From contig CAZPHH010000006.1 in NCBI GenBank assembly GCA_964586145.1, positions 15,337-79,336 of the forward strand: 64,000 nucleotides of DNA, written 5' to 3'. Both the position numbers and the translations under genes were made by a program. The notes under the pieces were generated by a model that made no database searches, was not told the DNA's origin, and worked only from the letters and a program-made list of their open reading frames with translations. Below, in pieces: positions 53,201 to 60,791 of the stretch. Origin of the DNA: an uncultured Phycisphaeraceae bacterium. Its GTDB lineage: Bacteria > Planctomycetota > Phycisphaerae > UBA1845. Positions within the stretch are counted from its first letter, which is position 1. Each line of letters begins with the position of its first letter.

Positions 53201-53375
53201 TGGGATACGGGAACATGTCCAGGACGTAGCACTTGGGCTTGGTGCCGTCGAAGCCGGGATCGCCGGGGTTGGCCACGGCGAAGGACTTGTGCTCTTCCCA
53301 GTAGGCCTGCCATCGGGCCTCGATGGTCCGAAAATCGTAACTACCCGCTTTTCCAGGGGGTTGCGTGTCTGCCAT
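50247..53375 (-). CDS. leuS: Leucyl-tRNA synthetase
   Basis: The protein starts MADTQPPGKAGSYDFRTIEARWQAYWEEHKSF. The HIGH-type motif is PYPSGAGLHVGHPLGY and the KMSKS motif is VIAKMSKSLKNVV. At 1042 aa from ATG 53375 it is longer than typical bacterial LeuS and carries insertions. Confidence 0.92.
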   Translation of the reverse strand: MADTQPPGKAGSYDFRTIEARWQAYWEEHKSFAVANPGDPGFDGTKPKCYVLDMFPYPSGAGLHVGHPLGYCATDIYSRYKRMRGFNVLHPMGYDAFGLPAEQYAIEHGVHPAITTRRNIENMRRQLKMFGFSYDWDREIATCDPEYYKHTQWIFLQMFNSWFDDEFDWTDHTGRPYKGKARPVSDLEAALRNERLFVDDALKLVRDPKQPHRKWSELSPVEQRQAINNQRLAFIDEVPVNWCPALGTVLANEEVTSDGRSERGNHPVFRRPLRQWMLRITKYAERLLNDLELLDWPEPIKIMQRNWIGRSTGAEVDFPLVSGGAAAPVTPDPGQWRAARRSGGYPARPEPFTIRVYTTRPDTLFGATYMVLAPEHPLVDQITTPDQRASVEEYVTVARHKSDLDRTADTKEKTGVFTGAYALNPVNGERIPVWVADYVLMGYGTGAIMAVPAHDTRDFDFAKAFDLPIVAVVRPPGEWLHEQIIRGAIDEKYCARKGRPSLRQEVLDSATLAAGTVGGITAQNAMALLDGDSGWLQQVALPVFAEDPGIFAESFVGEGVNLNSPPRGGAGLPRDVCTINDLPTPKAKTRITQWLEQNGLGQGAVNYKLRDWVFSRQKYWGEPFPVLHGEDGEIIPYDEKDLPVALPPMEDFKPTPVAEGSDALPEPPLGRAKDWVTVQRDGTTWRHDLNTMPQWAGSCWYYLRYLNPTLSSRFCDRMADDYWMPVDTYVGGAEHAVLHLLYARFWHKVLFDLDCVSTCEPFMKLVNQGMIQGFAFKDERGATITPDLVEEVSEGKFRHKQTGEPVGPVIAKMSKSLKNVVNPDDVIGQFGADTFRLYEMFMGPIEASKPWNTRDVPGLFKLLSRIWRLFIDEETGRLSPALADEKPDAECLRVLHKTIRGVGDDIEQLKFNTAIAKFFDFVNFMTPRSKRPRTALEPFVLLLAPFAPHIAEELWRRLGHEQSLIGEAWPAYEETLARDESVEIAVQVNGKIKSRIHVPADADDAQIEALARADAKVADAIAGKTVRRVIVAKGRLVNLIAN

Positions 53376-53509
53376 GCTCACATTCCCATGCTGCCTGGAT
53401 GATAATCTCTCGCGACGTTTCGACAAAACACACAGTGTATCGGTCGCGCCACCGCCGGGCAACCGGGCCGGCCGGTACCACAACCCGTTTTTATCCAGAA
53501 TGTTATGGC

Positions 53510-53547
53510 AAAACCGGAATTCGCTTGCCCCCGGGCGAAGCGAATTC
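53510..53547 (-). terminator. Rho-independent terminator after the ExeA-like gene
   Basis: A 14-bp hairpin pairs GAATTCGCTTGCCC (53517-53530) with GGGCGAAGCGAATTC (53533-53547), with one bulge. On the minus strand it is followed by CGGTTTTGCC. Confidence 0.5.
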
Positions 53548-53676
53548 GACATATCCAATGCCAAGACCTCCTTCTTCCTCCTCCTCCGAGGGAAGCCGCC
53601 AGATCGGGGCGTAAGTCGCGATCTGGCGATTTCCGTTTTTACGGCAGTGAGAATTCGGGCGACCGGTGAGAGTGCG

Positions 53677-55752
53677 TCAGCCGTTGAGCATGCCGGCCAG
53701 ATGTGTCAGGTCGCGGGCGAGGGCCTCGCCCGCCGTGGTGTTGACGGCGGCAGAGACGGTGGAGTCTGACCCGTCCTGCGTATCCCGCATGTCGCCCAGA
53801 GACGTCCGGCTACGCTCGAGGATCAGCCGGAGACGCTCGTTCGTGTCGCGGCGGGCGGAACGGGCAAGCCGATCTGTTCGGGTCCGCGGGGGGTCGGCCG
53901 GGCCGGCCTGCTCGATCTGGCGGACCACCATGCCGACTTCATCGCCGATCCGCTTGGATCGGCCGGCCGTCTTGATGGCCTCCTTCATCGCCTCATCCGC
54001 GATGCGACGGGCGTGGGTGGCGGACTGGTTCATCGTGCCCAGGCGGGCCAGCATCGACTTCTGCGCCTCCGCCATGCGATCCGAAACGGCCTTGAGGGCG
54101 GTCATCTCGTCGGCGAGGTTCGACACGCGACCGTGGGCCCGCGTGGCTCGTTCAAACGCCTTGCGAGCCAGGCGACGGGCGCGGCCAGTCGCGCCGTGCA
54201 GATTCTGAATGGCCGCCGTTTGAGCGTCGCCGCGGCGAATGACGCCGGTCAGCCAGGCTTCGATGTTGTCGATGTGCCGTTCCGTCTCGGCGATCCGCTG
54301 CATGAGCTGACCCACGCGCTCATCCGGTCTCAGAGCGGGCGCGGCCGGCGCGGCCACCGCGGGCGCCGACAGCAGCGCGGCGTCCAGGATGTCGGGAATG
54401 GACTGTCCCGGTTCGCCGACGGCCTGGGCAAACGCGTCGCCGGCGGCCTGGCGAGCCACACGCAGGGCGCGGGCCAGATGCTCCAACCGGACGATTCGCT
54501 GGTCCTGTTCGGCCGACTTCGGCACAAGCTTTTCAATGGCTTCTTCGTACTGACGGCCACTCTCGGCGACATATTTCTGGAGGTGGCCGACCTGGCGGGC
54601 CGTGTCGCTGGCTGCAATTGTGCCTTGCGCAACCTGTTCCTGTATGCCGGCCATCTCCTGTTCGAGTGAGGCCAGCTTATGGGCCACCTCGTCAAGCCCG
54701 GAGGCGGTGGCGGTGGTGGCCGACCGCTGGGCCTCGGCGTGGGCGGCCTGGGCTCGTGCGATCTCGTCCAGACGGGCCAGCGTGGCCTGCCATTCCTCGG
54801 TGGGCACGAGCACGTATCGTGCATCGTGATCTGGCGTCTTTGGCTCGGGGTCCGTGCTCCACGCAGGGTCCTCGTGCAGCGCGGGAGCCGGTTCCGGCGT
54901 CTGGGGCCTGCGGTCCGCCGGCGCGGACGTTCCGGCGGTTCCACCGTCGATGGGCATCATCTGGCGGAGAACGCTCTGCACGAAGCAGCCGTCGACCGTC
55001 GTTCGGTCGGCGGAATAGGCGCTCAGCAGCGCGTTGTCGCAGATGGTGTTGATCAGCCGCGGCAGCCCGCCGGCGTGGTGATGAATGGCCGCCACCGCGG
55101 ACTCGTCGAAGATGTCCGCCGTCGCGCCGGCGACGTGGAGGCGGTGGCGGATGTACGCGCCGCACTGCTCGAGGCTCAGCGCCGGCAGATGGAACGTGCG
55201 GAAGAGCCGCTGTCGCAGTTGCCGCATGTCCGCCGCCTGAAAGCGTGTGCGCAGCTCGGGCTGGCCCAGGATCACGACCTGGAGCAGCTTGGCCTCGTCG
55301 GATTCCAGGTTGCCGATGGTGCGAAGCAGCTCGAAGGCGTCGCGGGGCAGGTTCTGGGCCTCGTCCAGCACGAGAACCACCGGCATTCGCGCGGCAAACC
55401 GGTCCAGCAGAAACGTCTGCAGCGACCGGATGAGCCGGGCGTTGGATTCGTCGCCGCGGACGTCGATTTCCAGCTCGGTGCAGATCAGGTGCAGCAGGTC
55501 GCGGGCCGACTCTACCGCGTGATTGACGGTGGCGAAGGCGATCTGCCCGTCAAAGTGGCGGAGCATGAGCCGGGAGATCAGCGTCTTGCCCGTGCCGACT
55601 TCGCCCGTCAGCAGGACGTATCCCTTTCCTTCGCCCACGGCATAGATGAGGGTCGCCAGCGCTTCCTCGTGATCGGGCATGGGGTAGAAGAAGCGCGGAT
55701 CGGGCGTGTTGTTGAACGGCAGCTCACGCAGGCCGAAATGATTGGCGTACAC
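53677..55752 (-). CDS. ExeA/GspA-like AAA ATPase with ~400-aa coiled-coil C-terminal extension
   Basis: The N-terminus reads MYANHFGLRELPFNNTPDPRFFYPMPDHEEALATLIYAVGEGKGYVLLTGEVGTGKT (Walker A). The Walker B motif is VLVLDEAQNL, followed by GGLPRLINTICDNALL. A long Ala/Gln/Arg/Glu-rich helical region follows, and no TM helix is seen. Confidence 0.7.
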   Translation of the reverse strand: MYANHFGLRELPFNNTPDPRFFYPMPDHEEALATLIYAVGEGKGYVLLTGEVGTGKTLISRLMLRHFDGQIAFATVNHAVESARDLLHLICTELEIDVRGDESNARLIRSLQTFLLDRFAARMPVVLVLDEAQNLPRDAFELLRTIGNLESDEAKLLQVVILGQPELRTRFQAADMRQLRQRLFRTFHLPALSLEQCGAYIRHRLHVAGATADIFDESAVAAIHHHAGGLPRLINTICDNALLSAYSADRTTVDGCFVQSVLRQMMPIDGGTAGTSAPADRRPQTPEPAPALHEDPAWSTDPEPKTPDHDARYVLVPTEEWQATLARLDEIARAQAAHAEAQRSATTATASGLDEVAHKLASLEQEMAGIQEQVAQGTIAASDTARQVGHLQKYVAESGRQYEEAIEKLVPKSAEQDQRIVRLEHLARALRVARQAAGDAFAQAVGEPGQSIPDILDAALLSAPAVAAPAAPALRPDERVGQLMQRIAETERHIDNIEAWLTGVIRRGDAQTAAIQNLHGATGRARRLARKAFERATRAHGRVSNLADEMTALKAVSDRMAEAQKSMLARLGTMNQSATHARRIADEAMKEAIKTAGRSKRIGDEVGMVVRQIEQAGPADPPRTRTDRLARSARRDTNERLRLILERSRTSLGDMRDTQDGSDSTVSAAVNTTAGEALARDLTHLAGMLNG

Positions 55753-56088
55753 AGGATCAGCCCGTCCTTGTCACAGTGTGGGCGTGGACGTCCGGTTGTC
55801 CTGCTGAATATCGGGCTCGGCGGGGGCGCACTTGAGGTATGCGGCGGATCATGCCGCGCGTCACGCCGCGGAACGGGCCCGGGGCAACGTCCGAAAACCA
55901 CAAGGTCCGGTCATTTTCCCGGCATCAAGTTCGTTCAGGTGGTCGGCTCGAAACCCGATAAAACGGGCGTACGTACAGCCGGACCGGTCCGCCGCCGCGC
56001 GGATCGGCCCCGGGGCGGACCGCGGAATGCCCGCGGCCTCCCGCGGTCGGGCGCCTGTCCCGGTCCCGGCAAAACGGAGCGCTGAGCC

Positions 56089-56856
56089 GTGAAACCTACG
56101 CAAACGGGGACGCTGCTGCTGATCGCGCTGCTGTCGGCCTGCGGATGCGCGTCGAACCAGCCGGAGATCCACAACTGGCTCATGGCGTATGAGCAGCCGA
56201 ACTCGTCCTTCGAATACCGGGTCGGCATCCCGGATACCCTGCAGATCACGGCCCCGCGCGTTCCGGAAATCGACGGCGAAACGCAGACCATCCAACCCGA
56301 CGGCAAACTGACGCTTCGTCTCCTGGGCGAGGTGCGCGTGGACGGTATGACCGCCCGCGAAATCGCCGCCAAACTGACGGAACTCCTGCACGAGTACTAC
56401 GAAGACCCGAAGGTGCAGGTGCGGATCGCCGCGTACCGCAGCAAGAAGGTCTACGCCTTCGGACAGGTCGGCAGCGGCCACGGCAGCGGGGGAACGGCCA
56501 ACCAGGGCAACGCCCGGGCGATTCCCTACACGGGCCGCAACACGCTGCTTGACACGCTGGCGGAGTCCGGCCTGAGCTTCATCGCCTGGCGAAGCCAGGT
56601 CAAGGTCATCCGGGCCAACCCATGCGCCGATGGGCGGCATGTCATCACGGTGGACGTGGACAAGATGTTTGCCGAGGGCGACACCAGCCTGAACGTCCTG
56701 CTGGAGCCGGGTGACATCGTCTACGTGCCGCCGACGCCGTTGGGGTGGGTGGGCCTGCGCATCCAGGAAGTGCTGTTCCCGCTGAGCCCGGTCGTGAACG
56801 CCTACGCGCTGCCCGCGGGCCTGATGAATGCGCACGACCAATACAAGGACCGCTGA
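56089..56856 (+). CDS. Polysaccharide export outer-membrane lipoprotein (Wza/Poly_export family)
   Basis: The gene has a GTG start. LLLIALLSACGC provides a lipobox. YRVGIPDTLQITAPRVPEIDGETQTIQPDGKLTLRLLGEVRVDGMTAREIAAKLTELL and PGDIVYVP match the family. Confidence 0.8.
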   Translation: MKPTQTGTLLLIALLSACGCASNQPEIHNWLMAYEQPNSSFEYRVGIPDTLQITAPRVPEIDGETQTIQPDGKLTLRLLGEVRVDGMTAREIAAKLTELLHEYYEDPKVQVRIAAYRSKKVYAFGQVGSGHGSGGTANQGNARAIPYTGRNTLLDTLAESGLSFIAWRSQVKVIRANPCADGRHVITVDVDKMFAEGDTSLNVLLEPGDIVYVPPTPLGWVGLRIQEVLFPLSPVVNAYALPAGLMNAHDQYKDR

Positions 56857-56900
56857 CCCCGACCGCGGGCCCCGAAGGCCCGTCGCACCGTGAGAATGCC

Positions 56901-57800
56901 ATGGGACGCATCGCCGAAGCGTTGAAGAAAGCGGAACGGGAACGGCAGATCGCGTCGACGGAGGGACCGTCGACGCCGACAGCCCCGCGACCGGAAGCCC
57001 CGCCCGAGCCGACCCCGCATCCGACGGCGGCTGCGACGGACGTGCAGCCTGTGCGTCCCGTGCGGTCCGTCTCGGAAGGCATGTCCGAAGCGCTGGTGGC
57101 CTACTACGACTCGTCCTCGATGATCGCCGAACAGTATCGCTCCCTGCGAACCCGGCTGCTGAGCATGAATCCCGGCAATGAGCCCCAGGTGCTCGCCGTC
57201 ACCAGCGCCGTCCCCCGGGAAGGCAAGAGCGTCACCGCGCTGAACCTCGCCCTCATCCTGTCCGAGATCCAGCACCTGCGAGTGCTGGTGATCGACGGCG
57301 ACTTCCGCCGAAGCTCCCTGGCCCGACTGCTGAACCAGCCGGGAGCGCCCGGACTGGCAGATATGCTACGCGGTCAGGCGACCCTGGAGTCGGCCATCCA
57401 GCCCACCGCGATGCCGAACCTGATGTTCATCCCCGCGGGCAAGATGGGTGATCGCAGCGCGGCCGACCTCCTCTCGTCCGAGACGCTGGCCCGCACGTTC
57501 CGCAGGCTCCAGACGCAGTACCAGTACATTATCGTCGATACGCCGCCCGCCACCACGGTGACGGACGTGGGTGTCATCGGCCAGCTCTGTCACGCGGTGG
57601 TCATGGTGATCCGCATGAACCGCACGCCGGGGCCGGTCGTGCGGCGAGCCGTGCGAATGCTCCAGGTGAACAACATTCCCGTGGCCGGCTGCGTGCTGGT
57701 GGGCCGGAACGAACGGAACACGCGATACGGCTACTACTACGGCTACTACCCGTACTACCGGTATTACAACGACTACTACCACCGCGAGCGGGAAGGGTAG
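56901..57800 (+). CDS. BY-kinase (CpsD/CapB-type protein tyrosine kinase) with C-terminal tyrosine cluster
   Basis: The Walker A motif is TSAVPREGKSV, the Walker A' motif is VLVIDGDFRRSS and the Walker B motif is IIVDTPP. The tail reads RYGYYYGYYPYYRYYNDYYHREREG. The start at ATG 56901 (MGRIAEALKKAERERQ) is chosen rather than the track start at 56745. Confidence 0.8.
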   Translation: MGRIAEALKKAERERQIASTEGPSTPTAPRPEAPPEPTPHPTAAATDVQPVRPVRSVSEGMSEALVAYYDSSSMIAEQYRSLRTRLLSMNPGNEPQVLAVTSAVPREGKSVTALNLALILSEIQHLRVLVIDGDFRRSSLARLLNQPGAPGLADMLRGQATLESAIQPTAMPNLMFIPAGKMGDRSAADLLSSETLARTFRRLQTQYQYIIVDTPPATTVTDVGVIGQLCHAVVMVIRMNRTPGPVVRRAVRMLQVNNIPVAGCVLVGRNERNTRYGYYYGYYPYYRYYNDYYHREREG

Positions 57801-57863
57801 GACACGCGCGTCGGCCGGTAACGATCGTCCACGGTGGGCGGCAGGAGGGACGAACGACCGAAT

Positions 57864-59060
57864 ATGATCCGTGATCGCGTCATTGTCTGTCTGGCGAGCC
57901 GGTGGGACTACGACCCCACCAGCAAGCACCAGGTCATGCGCATCCTGGCTCGCGAGAATGACGTGGTCTGGGTGAACCATCGCGCATCCCGGCGGCCGCG
58001 GGTCACGGCGGCGGACGCCGGGGCCGTGGCGTCCACCGTCGGACAGATTCTGCGCGGCGTGCGCCGGGTGGGTCCGCGCATGGTGCAATTCACACCGCTG
58101 GTGATCCCCGGCGCCCGGCGCCCGGTGACGCGGGCGTGGAACCGCTGGCTGCTGGTCCTCCAGGTGCGGCGGGCGATCCGGCACGTGCGGCATTCGGCGG
58201 ACCAGCCGGTGCAGGTCTGGACGTTCGCCCCCGACGGCGAATTCCTGGCCGACGCGCTGCGACCGGAGCGATTCCTCTACTACTGTGTGGACGAGTACAC
58301 CGAGTTCGAGGACCTCGATCGCGACGCTGTGGCCGCCGCGGAGCGACGCGTGCTGGCGCGGGCGGACGTGGTGGTCACCACGTCGCAGCCCCTCTACGAA
58401 TCGAAACGATCCCACAACGCCAACACGCACCTCGTCCGGCACGGCGTGGACGCGGCTCACTTCGCCTCGGCGCTGGAGGAGGGACTGCCCCTGCCCACGG
58501 AGCTGGCGGGCATTCGCGGGCCGATGCTCGGGTTCTTCGGACTGATTCACCACTGGATCGACTGCGACCTGCTGGAGGCGGCGGCCCGGCTTCGACCGAC
58601 CTATTCGTTTGTGCTCATCGGAGAGGACCGGCAGAACCACGCCGGGCTGCGACGCTGTCCGAACGTACACTTGCTGGGGCGGCGCCCGTACGGCTCGCTG
58701 CCGGCCTATTGCCGGGCGTTTTCCGCCGGGCTCCTGCCGTTTGCCCGAACCCGCATGACGCGGAACGTCAACCCGATCAAGCTGCGCGAGTACCTCGCGG
58801 CCGGCCTGCCGGTGGTCTCGACGCCGCTGCCGGAGGCGGAGCGGTACTGGCCGGAGGTCCGGATCGCCGCCGACGCGGAGAGCTTCGCCCGGGCCTGCGA
58901 CGAAGCCGTGGCCGACGCGGTTCCGGAACGTCGACGGGCCCGCAGCCGCCTGGTGGCCGACGAAACGTGGGAGGCCGTGGTCGAGCGCCTGTCGCGCCTG
59001 GCGGACGATGCACCCACGGCGGCCATGCCAGCGCTCGCGGCGCCGGCGATCGCTCCCTGA
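57864..59060 (+). CDS. Glycosyltransferase (GT1/GT4-like, GT-B fold)
   Basis: The C-terminal motif is NPIKLREYLAAGLPVVSTPLPE. The gene sits in an EPS context. The start is ATG 57864 or GTG 57834. Confidence 0.65.
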   Translation: MIRDRVIVCLASRWDYDPTSKHQVMRILARENDVVWVNHRASRRPRVTAADAGAVASTVGQILRGVRRVGPRMVQFTPLVIPGARRPVTRAWNRWLLVLQVRRAIRHVRHSADQPVQVWTFAPDGEFLADALRPERFLYYCVDEYTEFEDLDRDAVAAAERRVLARADVVVTTSQPLYESKRSHNANTHLVRHGVDAAHFASALEEGLPLPTELAGIRGPMLGFFGLIHHWIDCDLLEAAARLRPTYSFVLIGEDRQNHAGLRRCPNVHLLGRRPYGSLPAYCRAFSAGLLPFARTRMTRNVNPIKLREYLAAGLPVVSTPLPEAERYWPEVRIAADAESFARACDEAVADAVPERRRARSRLVADETWEAVVERLSRLADDAPTAAMPALAAPAIAP

Positions 59061-59236
59061 ATCGCGAATCGCGAATGAGACGTCCCCGAGGTTTGCTCCG
59101 GCGGACCGTTTCCTTTGGCACTCCCGCGACGCGATCGTCTCCTCGCCGGTTGCCACGTCCAGCGGTAGTGCGGTTCAGCAATTGCTCCCCCTGACGAACC
59201 GATCTCCATCCATCCGCCGGATTCGCCGGACAAAGG

Positions 59237-59266
59237 GGTGGCGTGACCGTTGCGGGCCACGCCACC
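59237..59266. terminator. Candidate bidirectional terminator hairpin between convergent genes
   Basis: The stem pairs GGTGGCGTG (59237-59245) with CACGCCACC (59258-59266), 9 bp. Flanking T-runs are weak on both strands. Confidence 0.3.
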
Positions 59267-59284
59267 GCCCGTCCGCTTGAGCTG

Positions 59285-60700
59285 CTACAGGCAGCGCATG
59301 AACGCCACCAGATCCTTCTTTTCCTGGTCCGTCAGCTTGACGCCGGTCACGAGGTTGAAGAATTCGACCGTGTCCTCCAACGTCATCAGCCGCCGGTCGT
59401 GCAGGTACGGCGGGGAATCCTTGATGCCCCGCAGCGGGAACGTCTTGATCGGGCCGTCGGCGGATGCCATGCGGCCGTTAATCATGTGCGGCTTGAAGAA
59501 GCGCTCGGCCTTCAGGTCGTGCATCAGGTTGTCGGTGTAGTAGGGGGCGGGGTGGCACTCGCCGCACCGGCCCTTGTCGAAGAACACCTCTTCACCGCGC
59601 AACTCCGAATCCGACGCCAGCTCCGGATCGAGCTTGCCAAACACATCCAGCTTCGGGGCGGGCGGGAAGGCCAGCAATGCCTGGAACTCCGCCATGAAGT
59701 GCACCTGGCTGCCGCGATCGAGGATGTTCACGCCCTTCTTCGTGCCGATCACCGGGTCGCCGTCGAAGTAGGCCGCCCGCTGCTCGAACTCCGTGAAGTC
59801 TTCGATGCTCTTGAGGGCCCGCTGCGAGCCGAACAGCCGCTGGATGTTGACGCCGCGCAGCGGCGGCGTGTCCAGGCCGTGCCGGAACTCCTGCGGCCGG
59901 ATGTCGCCCACCAGGTGCGTGGCCGCGTTCGTGTGGCCGTTGACGTGGCAGTCAAAACAGGTGACGCCGCGGTGCGGCCGCTCCGAGCGGCGGTCTTCCG
60001 TCTGGTTGAACTGCTGCTGTGGGAACGGCGTGACCAGCAGGCGCAGCCCCTCTATCTGCTTGGGGTTCAGGATGCCGTTGAACAGTTCGTAGTAGTTGTC
60101 GATCGTGACCACCTTGCCCTTCGACACGTCGCCCAGGTCCAGCCGCGTGTTCAGATACATCGGCGGCGGATACTCCGGCAAAAAGTGCGTCGGCAGGTCG
60201 TAATCCATGTCGAACCGCGTCAGGTCAATGTCCGTCTGCTTCTTGATCTCGTCGATGTGGTGCTGGGGGAACACCATGCCGCCTTCCGCGTGGTTCGGAT
60301 GCGGCAGCGGCAAAAAGCCCTGGGGCCACAGGCCCTGGTCTTTGATCTGCGCCGGTGTCATCTCCGCCAGCTTCCCCCACGTCACGCCGTCCGGAAGCTT
60401 CACCCGGACGCCCGCCTGCACGGCCTTGCCGCCCGACATGGTGACGCCGTCGGCCGGCCGGTCGGCCAGATCGTACCGCTGCTGCAGCAGGTCCATCTGC
60501 TTCTTCATGACCTCCGGCTTGGCGGCCTTCATGCGAGCCATGGTCTGGTCAAAACTCTCGGTGATGACGACCGGCAAGTAGCTGGACGGCCCTGCCGCCC
60601 AAAGCCGGGCCGCCGGCAATGCCACGGCGAGGGCAATCAGCCCTCCCGCGGCAAGCAGCGCCCAGCGGCTCGCACGCCACTTTGGCCCAAATCCTCTCAT
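59285..60700 (-). CDS. Di-haem cytochrome c peroxidase (CCP/MauG family)
   Basis: A strong GGAGGA Shine-Dalgarno sequence precedes ATG 60700. MRGFGPKWRASRWALLAAGGLIALAVALPAA forms a signal peptide. Two CXXCH motifs are present (GVTCFDCHVNGH and GRCGECHPAPYY), and LDTPPLRG matches the family. Confidence 0.8.
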   Translation of the reverse strand: MRGFGPKWRASRWALLAAGGLIALAVALPAARLWAAGPSSYLPVVITESFDQTMARMKAAKPEVMKKQMDLLQQRYDLADRPADGVTMSGGKAVQAGVRVKLPDGVTWGKLAEMTPAQIKDQGLWPQGFLPLPHPNHAEGGMVFPQHHIDEIKKQTDIDLTRFDMDYDLPTHFLPEYPPPMYLNTRLDLGDVSKGKVVTIDNYYELFNGILNPKQIEGLRLLVTPFPQQQFNQTEDRRSERPHRGVTCFDCHVNGHTNAATHLVGDIRPQEFRHGLDTPPLRGVNIQRLFGSQRALKSIEDFTEFEQRAAYFDGDPVIGTKKGVNILDRGSQVHFMAEFQALLAFPPAPKLDVFGKLDPELASDSELRGEEVFFDKGRCGECHPAPYYTDNLMHDLKAERFFKPHMINGRMASADGPIKTFPLRGIKDSPPYLHDRRLMTLEDTVEFFNLVTGVKLTDQEKKDLVAFMRCL

Positions 60701-60791
60701 GATGGTTTCCTCCTTTTTCACGTGGACTTCACGTTTCTGCTGTATCCGGCGATTCACTTCCCATTTCCTGCGCCCGGACCGCGGCGAATCC

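Noticed and set aside
53376-53564. N-terminal extensions suggested by the track for leuS (53564), gspF (19983), gspG (18677), the GH20 gene (32067), the lactonase (38231), pnp (40806), the kinase (33834), the BY-kinase (56745), CCP (60895) and the zinc-ribbon protein (46248)
   Set aside because: In each case the extra residues are compositionally non-protein-like or overlap a neighbouring gene or repeat. An internal start yields the canonical family N-terminus or signal peptide, often with a Shine-Dalgarno motif.
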